A stretch of 64,000 bases of DNA from Phoronis australis (Eukaryota > Animalia > Phoronida). This document shows positions 1-11,769 of the stretch, in pieces. The position numbers and the translations under genes are program-made. The DNA lies in the NCBI GenBank assembly GCA_002633005.1, contig NMRA01000128.1:669482-733481 (forward strand), in the 5' to 3' direction. The notes beneath the pieces were generated by a model. The model was not told the DNA's origin. It searched no databases and saw only the letters and a list, made by a program, of their open reading frames with translations. Numbering within the stretch: the stretch's first letter is position 1; every line of letters begins with the position of its first letter.

Positions 1-867
1 TTGACAATTAAACGCAGTAGAGTTCACTCTCGATTTGTATCAAAGTCAAAAGTTGACTTAGTAATGAAACTAAAACAATAAAAGGGCAATGATGTTTTCA
101 CAAGTCCAAAATTACGCAGTAGATTTAGGGAACTTAGTTGAGTCCCTATTTGAGTCTGTTTTATGCAACCGGCCACAGAGTTATTAAAATATTTTGAGGA
201 TTCATGCGTAACTTTGCATGTCTATGGCGATTTCCGTAAAAATCACAATTTTTAAGAAAAAACATTCACGTGACTATAAACATTCAATCGTCGTTTTGTG
301 CACGCAAGACGTTTCTGCGCGTATCAAGGATTTTAAAAATATAGTTTTCTGAGTTAACCCTTCGACTTTTATGACATGTGTCGTGGAGAACTGGGGCTCT
401 TGATAAGGCATGGAGTGTGTTGCCTTCCTTCAATAAAAACGACAGCAGAATGTTATAAATTAAATAAACAATTCCTTATCAAATGTCGCATTTTGCGTAT
501 TGACATTTTTAAGAATTAAAAAACTGCAATTTCAATATTTCAGATAATAAAAATGATAACACCTCAATAAAAATGTACACACAATATTTATATTTGTAAA
601 AAGTTAAGTGTAAAACAGAAACGTGTTATTTACTATATCATAACTGAATTGTTAACACAATCTATATTAGTGTAGTCCGAGTTCATACTCTCGCAACCTT
701 TTGAACACCGTGGTGTACTGGCGGGTATTGTTTGTGAATATGTCCACTTTACCTCCCAAATGAGTTAAAATACCCATTTCCAACGGTATTACCGGCACAC
801 CTAAACATGACTGACCCTACAGAAGTTTGAAGTTGGACATAGATGATAAACTTAAACAGTTACAGGC

Positions 868-985
868 GGTAATGGTCTGATATAACGTGTCCGAATTTTG
901 AGAACCAGTCTTCCCCACTAATTCACTAAATAACCGACATCAAATTGGTTCTCAAAATGCGGGCACGTTATGTCAGACTATTGTC
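868..985. mobile_element. Small foldback MITE with 9-bp TSD (Mutator-like)
   Basis: Long imperfect TIRs (ggtaatggtctgatataacgtgtccgaattttgagaacca / tggttctcaaaatgcgggcacgttatgtcagactattgtc) flanked by GTTACAGGC on both sides. Absent from the paralogous site in copy B (~9955). Confidence 0.75.
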
Positions 986-1053
986 GTTACAGGCTACATT
1001 CTGATATGACGTCAATACCTACAAATAGGTCTTCCTTGATTGTAAGCCCAACT

Positions 1054-3078
1054 TCAACTTGAGGTTTTGTGGTTGAAAGGTAAGTTATGGGTGTTTTCCC
1101 AATGACGATAGTACAGCTGGTAAAGTAAAAATGTGACTACGACAAAAACAAAGACGAGCACAGAAATCTTTAACCAAGGCAGTTGAGAGTAGGGTCGTCC
1201 TTCGGCCTTCTCGTCGCTAGATGTCGTAGAGAATCCAGTCGCAACACTTGTGAAGGACTTGGACGACCGCGTTACACTGCAATACAAACTCACATTGTTA
1301 GCTTTACACTCTAATGAAGGGTTTGGCACTTGAATATTTGCTCACGACATTTTTGTCCGTGAAGATATAATGAGAATACAACAGCTTTAAACGATACAAC
1401 ACGTTTATAAGCCGTTACCAAGAACGATTAGTACAACAATAGTCAAATGTGGTCCATAAAATAAGTCCTTCATGAAATATGCAGATGTAAACAATGAAGT
1501 GAAAATGCTTAAAAGCTTTCTGAATTGTTGGTGGATTTTTGATGAAACAACGCCCTCTAGTCGCAATTCGCACCAGCTTTACAGAAATTGTGTATGATAA
1601 TGATTATGATAATTATCGAGGACTGAAACAGTGTGGATCACTGGTTCGGTCTAATTGATTGATTGGTTGGTTTTACAGCACGTGATAACAAATTAATATG
1701 ATAGATGAAATAGCATTATACGAGAAAACTAAATTGTGTACAACCAAGATTGCATCAAAATACGTTTCGCAGTCCCTTACAGATGACAAGTCAAACAAGA
1801 CGGACAAAATAATAATAATAGAAAACACTGAATCTGAGGACTCTCATTTTGGAGACCTGGGTTAAGTCTTTGCACTTCAAGCAGATCCTCCAGCGTTGCA
1901 CAAAAAGTCTCCCACTCTTATGCGCTTGGTTTTCAGTTCTGCTAATACGCACTCCGATTTTTCGTATAGAACTGCCTTATGAAACTAATCTAAGCCGTTT
2001 AGACAGGTGCTCCGACATTAGATTTTGAGTAGCACAGAATCTTGGAAACTGGATTCAATGCTGTGGTCGGCTAAAATAAAAAACGTAAATAATAATAATG
2101 ATATTATCTATTGTTGTAAAAGGTAAATCATCTTACCGTTTAGTAACGCTGGTTTCTTTTCCCTGTTCGACTTTTTTTGGGTTTGTCGTCTTCACAGACT
2201 GGTCAAGAATATCTCCTGACGTCTGCTTTAATAATTTGACGGCACTGTCCTTTTCCCGCATTTCTAATAGGTGTTCGTCTCTTCATACTGTCATCACTGA
2301 ACTCGTCTCCTGCAACTCCATCACTTGTCTGCAAGGCGTAATTGACAGGTTCGAGATTTTGTTCATCGGAAACATTGTCGACTGGGTCATGTAACTTGTG
2401 CTCAACATATCTTTTAGTCTTACCTAAATGCACGATTTGTTTTAATTAACTTAATTACTTCTGGGAAGTTTTAGCTTTTTGCTTTCTTGAAAAATCACAT
2501 TACATAAATTCTCCAAGGCTGACTAATTACTGACTATCTTTTATAAACTAATGCAGAAATAAAGAAGAAAGTTTGAAAACGTTTTACTATAGTTAGAGAA
2601 ACTAACACAACAGATGCCATTCATTCTATTGCTTATGTTCTACATTGTATATATGAAGCAACTATTCGAAGCTAAATAGCCACCATATAGAATATTAACA
2701 CGGTGTTAAATTCTGAAAATTAGCCAAAGCTTAGGAATTCATCTTTGGAAATTGCTGGATCGCCTGCCGTCGAAATATTATTAGTTCTTAACAAAATATT
2801 ACTACCAGGTTTCCATCATTTATAGACTATATTTTGGCAATGTTTATTGTGTCTAATCCTAAGAGTTTGTCTGCTACTGTTTCATCAACGTTGTATTTCT
2901 CAAACTTATCGCTTAACTCACCGCCATTCGCTGCTTCGACTGTAATGTCTTCCAGGCCTTCGGGATGCTTCGCCTCGTCATTCACGACCGACGCTATTTC
3001 CGAGTTTCCGTTAACAACCGTAGTTTTCGCTATGGCGTTACAGTTTACGTCAACTTTACTTCGTCGGCTTGATTTTTT
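1054..3078 (-). pseudogene. Cassette A: more diverged, rearranged copy of LAP2-like exons 2-5 (2922-3078, 2289-2423, residual exon 4 2137-2259, 1054-1276)
   Basis: Homologous to B/C, but a deletion at ~2260 removes most of intron 3 and the exon 4 acceptor, so read-through is out of frame. Exon 5 has a 21-nt in-frame deletion. An extra ~750 bp lies in intron 4. Confidence 0.6.
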
Positions 3079-4439
3079 CTGAAACAAAATGTCCATTTAA
3101 GTGATAAGTATCAGACAAAAACGATAACTTTAATTTTCGAGACGATGTTCCGTCAACTCAATTCCAACTGGAGGTGATGTCATTCCCTCATAGTTCACCG
3201 GATTTTGTTGCACTACGTTGCCTTTATACGCGTGTAACGTGTTTAGGTCTAAAAAGTAATTATTTCTCATGAAATTTTATTGATAGAGGGGTGGCCAAGT
3301 TCCTGGCGACCCCCCTCTCAGAGTTTACCCCAAGCCGCAAAATCCACGGGCCCGGCCTAAGGGATGTGTGCGAAACTGGCAGGGGGCAGGGGGTGAGTGG
3401 TGACGATAGGGAGGAATCTGAAATTCGTAGCCAATTTGGAGGGCATAGTTTGGAAAAGTAGAATTACTTAATGTCCCAATAATACTTACCTTACTAAGGG
3501 CCTGGTAATGATAACAGTAATTCTCACGTCAACCACGTCATATACAACCACGAACAGGACTTTCCTCTAATTCATTTGTATACTTACTTTTGGACAGCGA
3601 ATGGGAGACGCCAAAATGAGGACAATCTAATGCATACAATGCACATTGGAAGTGAGTTGTTGGCAATACCGAAATGTCATGATGAAATATTGTCTTATCC
3701 TCGATACCTGGGTCATTGACTGTTGGCGTCCAGGGGTATTTGACACAAACAACAGACTGACCTACATGCCCAAAATGGTAATGGTGCTACACAATAAAAT
3801 TAAATAAAATAGAATTGACATTAAAACTGACAGACACTGCAGTTGAAAGCAATGACTAAAAGTTCTACATCACAGTTTTTTTGTTCTTGTGACCCGTCCA
3901 CTCTGCTTATGTAGTCAACCAGTTTTATTACGGAAATTTCTCTTTTTTATGTAAGTATACGGCATATCTTTTCCAGTTTTTTAACATTTTTCAAACTAAA
4001 TGTGTAACGTTTTACCAGTGCGTTTATACTTAAGCAGAAGACATAGTTAAATTTAGGAAGATTTTGAACAGCTGGCATTTAGAAATGTGGCGGTATGTAG
4101 CTACGACCTATACATTGTCATGTCATGTTTAGGAAAGCATGCAATATCTGAGCGACGATCCAAACGTTATGAAAACAAAGTAGTTTGGATTCGCAATTAT
4201 TAACGGCGTACGCTGATCCATAGGGATATGAAACGGTTTTAAAATTCCCTTAGGCTGATTGTTTTGTTTGTGTTCTGGGTGGGGTTGCGACTGCAGGTGC
4301 GAACCCAAAACTAGTTTACACTGGAGAAATTTCCCAAGGACGTGAACAGAGGCAACACATAGGATAAATCGACTAAAATATATGAACATAGTACAATGAT
4401 TCAACGATGTAAAAAATGGGGGGTTGTGGACGTTACATG

Positions 4440-4900
4440 TTCTTTTGAGAACACAAGCCCTTTCATTTGTTCATGAGAGTGTCGCACTTATCGCACGGCG
4501 ATCTGGAAAACGCGGATCACGTTCAGTTACAATGATAGATTTACAGTAACCCAATGTGTTCTTTTGAAAATGCGTGCATCTCACTTGTTCATACTCGAAA
4601 ATGTAATGCAATCGTCGCTGTCCAATGCACGCTTGAATGTGGAAGTCACCGACAGAGCAAGCTCATTTGTCTCAATAGCAGATTTCATCGCAAGGTGTTA
4701 CTTTGAGAATGTGTGCATTGTATTCGTTCAAACAAGCGTAATACAGTCCTTGCTGTACAATGCACGCGTGAATCCGTAAGTCACTGATGGAACACGCTTG
4801 GAATGGCTAATTTCTGGGCAATCCAATGTTTTCTTCTGAGAATGCATGCAATACACTCATTCACATGAGTGCTTCCTTTGAAGCACCAAAGGGTTCTTAA
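4440..4900. repeat. Degenerate ~135-bp tandem repeat (also in copies B and C)
   Basis: Recurring ttgagaatgtgtgcatt...caatgcacgcgtgaatccgtaagtcac units. Confidence 0.55.
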
Positions 4901-4941
4901 ACGAGTACATTTCTACGCGTTGAAATGAGCTTAATCAATGG

Positions 4942-5231
4942 GTACTTTTGTTTAATCTACGTGTACTTTTGCTTAAATTACGCGTACTGAATTTACACGT
5001 GCTTTGGCATAATCTACACACATTAATTTTAATAACGCGTACTTTTGTTGAATTTACTCGTACTTTTGCTTACTCTACGCGTACTTTGCCTAATTTACGC
5101 GTACTTATACTGAATTTACACGTGCTTTGGCCTAATCTACTCGTATTATTAATTAGGCGTAATTTTGTTTAATCTACGTGTACGTTTGACTAATCTATGC
5201 GTGCTTTTGATGAAGTAACACGTCCTTTTGT
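4942..5231. repeat. Degenerate ~22-bp minisatellite (consensus near tttgcttaatctacgcgtact); copies at ~13588-13768 and ~18925-19107
   Basis: Periodic acgcgtacttttg / aatctac motifs. Confidence 0.75.
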
Positions 5232-5648
5232 GAGTTTATTACAAATGGACAATTCTTACTGTTGACTGACTTTCGAACACTCGATGAAATCAAAGCTGTT
5301 GATTAAATGCATTTGAATCATTTCTTTGAGTGGTGTTCAAATTAGCCAGGCCAGCAGAGTGTTTGTCTGCGACGAGACAGTGCAATGCTCGATTCCGCGC
5401 TGAGGCTAGTATCAGAAGATTTTTCGCCCCGAGATTGTATTTTTAATATAAAATGTGAAAACTTATAGAATTCTGTAGGATATTTGCATTGTCATAGGAA
5501 TCCTATAGGATATTCTCGCAGGGGCTGAGGCCCCCCAATTGTAAATACCGGGAAAGCATAACAGCATCAAGGCATACTGCCCAAACGACTAAAAACGGAA
5601 CCGTATTTTAATACACTTTGAAAAACCACTAATGGAATTGGTCGGAAT

Positions 5649-6820
5649 TAACGTTTGTCAACTTTATGGATACATTGAGTGAATTGCTCAGGCAAAATAT
5701 ACCAGATCGTGTTTGAATTACAAGATTTTGTACTGTCTCGCTCGAAGTGTCCCCCGAAATAGTATGCTTGCTGAAAATCGTTGTGGGGAAAAGAATCTTT
5801 ACGAAGCAGAAGTCGCTCATGTAAACACTCGCCTTGAGTATCATTGAACTTGGATTTTTTATGGTAGATTATCTGACGTGAGATTTACGGATTTAACAAG
5901 GTGCTCGAAAAGTGATCGTAAGTAAAGATTCTGCGTGTTTGAGATATAATTTACAAACTGTGACAAGCTACAACGAGAGTGCACCACAAATCAGAAAATA
6001 TCTTGGACGTCCCGAACACCGGGCGGGATACCCCGACTCCATGCCCAGGTGGGTGCCGGAGTCACACATGCCTTCGACAGCAAAAATTCCTAACCGTGAA
6101 ATTCGGAAGTTTTGGGAAGGGCCTCTGTTCAAATTCCCAAAGGACGATATTGCACGATTAAGATTATTGTGTCCTTATGGGGACATAACGAGACACCACT
6201 GCTGCATTATTAANATTGTATTTTTAATATAAAATGTGAAAACTTATAGAATTCTATAACGTTTGTCAACTTTATGGATACATTGAGTGAATTACTCAGG
6301 CAAAATATACCAGATCGTGTTTGAATTACAAGATTTTGTACTGTCTCGCTCGAAGTGTCCCCCGAAATAGTATGCTTGTTGAAAATCGTTGTGGGGAAAA
6401 GAATCTTTACGAAGCAGAAGTCGCTCATGTAAACACTCGCCTTGAGTATCATTGAACTTGGATTTTTTATGGTAGATTATCTGACGTGAGATTTACGGAT
6501 TTAACAAGGTGCTCGAAAAGTGATCGTAAGTAAAGATTCTGCGTGTTTGAGATATAATTTACAAACTGTGACAAGCTACAACGAGAGTGCACCACAAATC
6601 AGAAAATATCTTGGACGTCCCGAACACCGGGCGGGATACCCCGACTCCATGCCCAGGTGGGTGCCGGAGTCACACATGCCTTCGACAGCAAAAATTCCTA
6701 ACCGTGAAATTCGGAAGTTTTGGGAAGGGCCTCTGTTCAAATTCCCAAAGGACGATATTGCACGATTAAGATTATTGTGTCCTTATGGGGACATAACGAG
6801 ACACCACTGCTGCATTATTA
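5649..6820. repeat. Near-identical ~560-bp direct duplication across the N gap at 6213 (5649-6212 vs 6258-6820)
   Basis: The ORF track gives identical peptides. After the N, the sequence restarts with a copy of 5434-5474 and skips 5475-5648. Probably two alleles at a contig join. Confidence 0.85.
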
Positions 6821-7889
6821 ATTACAGGAGGGTCTAACTCAAATTCCCAAAAGTCTACACTGCTCCATTGTTGATATGGACGGTCGGAGAACGCAGAGAT
6901 ACCGGAGTTACATTATTAAACACAAAATACACAGTGAGCAATAAAAAAAAACGGTTGTATATCCCAAGGTCCATTAAAGTTTTATTCCTCAGCGTGTCGT
7001 CTGTATGATTTATTTTACAAATTGGATGGGTGCCACATCTCGTGACGCATGATTATCCAAAGTCCATTGGTGCATGTACTCTGAATGCAATCGAAGCGTA
7101 CACTGATATGCTGGGAGTGCAGACACATAACACCGTCGACAAATAATTTGAGAGTACGAAAATACCGAAGGGTGTTCCGTATGTGTAGCTATGATACGAT
7201 AACGCCTTAGCGCAGCGCCACCTATATGGTCATGTATAGCGTTTGCCCACAAAGTGCCGTCCATTCATTCGACAAACAAGTTACTATCACTTAGGCGACA
7301 GTACCTGTCCCATTTCAAATGAATATCACCTGCACTGCGACCCCAAGTGGTCTCTTGATCATTTTGTGTCTGTTCATCTAAACTCCTTAAAGAATCATGA
7401 TGAAATGTGACACTGGTGTATTCCTATTGAGAAGAGCTTTGCTTTACACCCCCTAGAGCCTACTTTAAATTTATTTGCATTGTCCCCTTTAGTGGGAATG
7501 TTTATAATAATGATGAGCCCTTGTATCTGCGCTATATGCTGGGCACACATCAACGATGGGCGTTGCTCTTATTAGGATAAAGGTCTGCAACTACATGAGC
7601 TTCCCAACTAAGTGTCAGATTTATACCTGGCGACAATGACAAATGTAATCTGCATTTATAACAAGAGACAGAATTGTGCCCCAAGCCATACCAAAGCGTA
7701 TATCGAGTAAAAAACTGTGATCTCCAATTTCCCATTTCAATTTTATATAATACGTTCTGTTGCGTATTGATAATGTAACATAAAATTCTGAAATGTTAGG
7801 ACTTTGAAAAATCACTGAATTGTTTCACTATATCACAGATAACCTTGATAATGTCGATCCTATCTGCTTAATTAGCCTGTTCAAGACAT

Positions 7890-8350
7890 GAATGAGGAGG
7901 TCTATTTTGACGATGCCAAGCGACAACAAGTCTTCCGACTTAGATGGTATTTTCGCTGAGAATTTGAAGTTTGCGTCTCCCAAACTTCATCTCTTAATAT
8001 TGAGTCAATGTTTCACGTGCCTTTTCCCGAAACAGTTCTTCATGGGGTACCGCCTGACTCATTAACAACTGTCACCTAAAAATAACTATAGTCGCATTAT
8101 CCAGTAACTATTGTTAGTAAGGGGTTTTAATTCATTATTTTGGATCGCATGTATCAGCGCATTAATACTCAGCCTCATCTGTTTGGATTTAAAGAAAGCT
8201 ATGGAAAAGAACAGTGTACTTATGTCATGGAAGAAATTATCAATGCATTCCAACTTTTGAACAGAATTTATGCTTTCTTGATGCTAGCAACGCATTTGAA
8301 TAGTAAATTTTCAACATTCTCCAAAATTTCAAATGGCGTAAGACAAGGTC
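7890..8350 (+). pseudogene. Decayed non-LTR retrotransposon (LINE) reverse transcriptase fragment
   Basis: Frameshifted motifs NKSSDLDGIFAENLKFASPKL (KSPGxDGIxAExLK), NY..I....VSK, LFGFKESYGKEQCTYVMEEII (QFGF) and ISNGVRQG. Confidence 0.8.
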
Positions 8351-8780
8351 TTTATTTTTATTATTTAAGTCGAGACTGCTACGCTGTCACTCTATTCTTT
8401 CAACCATGTGTGGGCTGAACTCTTAAACAGAATTCACATTGTACTAGACGTTGCGAGATAGTACTTTCGTCAGGAATTGTTTAAAAAATATTTTGACGAG
8501 CATTCGTTTCCATGCCTCTTTTAAGTTCTGAAACTGTGCTCAATCGTCGAAACTACTGTAGATTTTCGGTCCCAGTTTTTTCACAGAAGTTGTAGTTTGG
8601 CTTAAACGATGATGCCAGACACAAATATATATTCTTCGACTTGTTCATAGTGTTAAGCTTCTAGTTTGAAGAAAGGTTATTTTTATCAATTTTCACACAA
8701 AAAGCGTGTCTAAGATTTCGCCTGGGAACATTGAAGTTCAAAAGTAAAAGTTTTTACTTTGACAGCTGAGATTATATCAG

Positions 8781-9191
8781 TGGCCGGTTGAATGAAACAG
8801 TCCCAAATAGGGACTCAACTAAGGTATGTAAGTGATTTTGCGTATTTTTGTCTTCATGGATCTCACAGATGCAATATTTTTCCATCATTTCATCTTTATT
8901 ATGATCTCCTCTCTGATTAATGGCATTTTTTAATAATATAACTAAAAACTGAGCCCAGAGTTCATTGAAAATAAATAGGCACTCAGTCCTTAAATTGGAG
9001 GTGTTCCATGAAATGATCCCTAATTATTTTCGAGAATATTGACAATTTAACGCGGTAGAATTCGCTCTCGATTTGTATCAAAATCAAAAGTTGACTTAGT
9101 AATGAAACTAAAACAGTGCAAGGGCAAGTCCAAAAATACGCAGTAGATTTAGGGAACCTGGTTGATTCGCTATTTGGGTCTGTTTCATGCA
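8781..9191. mobile_element. PIF/Harbinger-like MITE; right end truncated in copy B, intact right end at 133-174 in copy A
   Basis: Left TIR tggccggttgaatgaaacagtcccaaatagggactcaactaag is the inverse of cttagttgagtccctatttgagtctgttttatgcaaccggcca at 133-174. CAG flanks both ends, consistent with a CWG TSD. Confidence 0.6.
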
Positions 9192-9996
9192 TGTCTATGG
9201 CGATTTCCGTAAAAAATCATAATTTTTAAGAAAAAAAACCCAGTCACGTGACTACAAACATTCAATCGTCGTTTTGTGCACATAAGACGTTTCTGCGCGT
9301 AACAACAGTTTTAAAAATATATTGTTTCCTGAGTTAACCCTTAGACTTTTATGACATATGTGAAGAACTGAGGCTCTTTATAGCGGATGGTATGTGTTGT
9401 CTTCATTCAATACAAACGACAGCAGAATGTTATAAATTAAATCAAAAATCAAATGTCGCAATTTGCTATTGACATTTTTAAGAATTAAAAATTTTCAGTT
9501 TCAATATTTGAGATAATAAAAATGATAACAACTCAATCAATGTACAAACAATTTTTATATTCGTAAAAAGGTTTATTTACTATAATTGAATTGTTAAATC
9601 TATATTATTGTATCTGATTACAAAATAAAACAGAAGAAAATAATGTATAGTAAAACATTGCTACTTTTATCTAAATATACCCAGACTCGTGAGAAACAGC
9701 ATTTTAGATATCTCATAACCTGAGAATCTTTTGTTTCTCAATGCCAAGATTCCTGAATACAAAACTGAGTTCATTTCTTCGCAACCTTTTGAACACGGTG
9801 GAGTATCGGTGGGTATGGTTTGTATATATGTCCATTTTATGTACCCAAATGAGTTAATTAAAATACCCGTTTCCAACGGTATTACTGGCACACCTAAACA
9901 TGACTGACCCTTCAGATATTTGAAATTGGATATAGATGATAAACATTAAACAGTTATAGGCCTACAAATAGATCTTCCTTTATTGTAAGCCCAACT

Positions 9997-11769
9997 TCAG
10001 CTTGAGGATTTGTGGTTGAAAAGAAAGTTATGGGTGTTTTCCAATTGACGATAGTACAGCTGGTAGAGTAAAAATGTGACTACGGCAAAAACAGACACGA
10101 GCACAGAAATCTTTAACCAAGACAATTGAGAGGAGGGTCGTCCTTCTGCCTTCTTCGACGGTTGGTCTTTCTTTTTGTCGCTAGATGTCGTAGGGAATCT
10201 AGTGGCAACACTTGTGAAGGACTTGGACGACCTCGTTACACTGCAATAGAAACTCACATTATTAGCTCTACACTCTAATGAAGGGCACTTGAATATTTGC
10301 TCACGACATTTTTGTCCATATCTATTATTGTAAAAGGTAAATCATCCTACCGTTTAGTAACGCTGGTTTCTTTTTTCTGTTCGACTTTTTCTGGGCTTGT
10401 CGTCTTCACAGACTGTTCAAGAATATCTCCTGACGTCTGCTTTGTTAATTTGACGGCACTGTCCTTTTCCCGCTTTTCATCCGGGATATTCTCTGGTAAT
10501 AAAGAAATGAACGTAAGCACACTTGTATGAAAGTCGGAGGCTAGTATTAAACAACTCTCTGGCTTATGAGCTTGCACAAGTGTTATGAGCTTGCATAAGC
10601 GGCATTTTATTGTTTTCTCTGATAATGGCTCAGCCGGCTACAGAATATACAGGCGCTTAAATTGAAATCTGTCATACACTACAGTATAACTGCTCTTCTC
10701 ATAACACACGTTGGACAGTGGCCACACCCATATGACAGATGTCGTAGGTACGACTCGCATCAAACGGATGAAATAATTCCGGGTTCTATTCGTTATTTGG
10801 AAATGAAGGCTGTTGTCCTGGACCCCCAAATACAAACAACCGAGTTGATTGTAAATACATCACGATAACTAAAACCGTTATTTATGAATTATGAAACAGG
10901 TCACTTTACTTGTTTTGTTTCATAGTTATCTTTTGTATTATAGCTAGAAAATTTCTAATAGGTGTTCGTCTCTTCATACCTTCATCACTGAACTGGTCTT
11001 CTGCAACTCCATCACTTGTCTGCAAGGCATAATTGACAGGTTCGAGATTTTGTTGATCGGAAACATTGTCGACTGGGTCATGTAAGTTGTGCTCACCATA
11101 TCTTCTAGTTTTACCTAAATGCACGATTTGTTTTAATTAACTTAATTACTTCTGAGAAGTTTTAGCTTTTTGCTTTCTTGAAAAATCACACAACATCAAT
11201 TCTCCAAGGCTGACTAATTACTGACTACCTTTTATAAACTAGAGCAGGAATAATGAAGAAAGTTTGAAAACGTTTTACAATATTTAGAGAAACTAATACA
11301 AGAGATGCTATTCACTCTATTGCCTATGTTCGACATTGTATATATGAAGCAACTATTCCAAGCTAAATAGCAGCCATATTTGATATCAACACGGTGTTAA
11401 ATTCTGAAAATTAGCCAAAGCTCAGGAATTCATCTTTGGAAATTTCTGGATCGCAAGCCGTCTTAATATTATTAGTTCTTAACAAAATATTACTACCAGG
11501 TTTCCATCATTTATAGACTATATTTTGGCAATGTTTATTGTTTCTAATCCTAAAAGTTTGTCTACTACTGTTTCATCGACTCTGTATTTCTCAAACTTAT
11601 CGCTTAACTCACCGTCATTCGCTGCTTCGACTGTAAAGTCTTCCAGGCATTCGGTATGCTTCGCCTCGTCATTCACGACCGATGTTATTTCCGAGTTTCC
11701 GTTAACAACCGTAGTTTTCGTTATGGCGTTACGGTTTACGTCAACTTTACTTCGTCGGCTTGATTTTTT
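9997..11769 (-). CDS. Cassette B: duplicate of LAP2-like exons 2-5 (11613-11769, 10980-11114, 10351-10492, 9997-10240); open frame; no exon 1 of its own visible
   Basis: Exon lengths identical to cassette C (157/135/142/244), GT-AG sites intact, no in-frame stops, TM segment retained. Its upstream sequence runs into the N gap at 15051. Confidence 0.65.

Noticed and set aside
4948-5172. Leucine-rich ORFs (also 13584-13769)
   Set aside because: Translation of a ~22-bp minisatellite.
5912-6837. Two identical 105-106 aa ORFs as duplicated genes
   Set aside because: They flank an N gap, start at non-ATG codons and have no splice support; most likely an allelic contig overlap.
7010-7264. Minus ORF with RRYRIIA/LPA resembling the KolX C-terminus
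   Set aside because: Motif spacing and the key W/G/C residues do not fit; likely chance.
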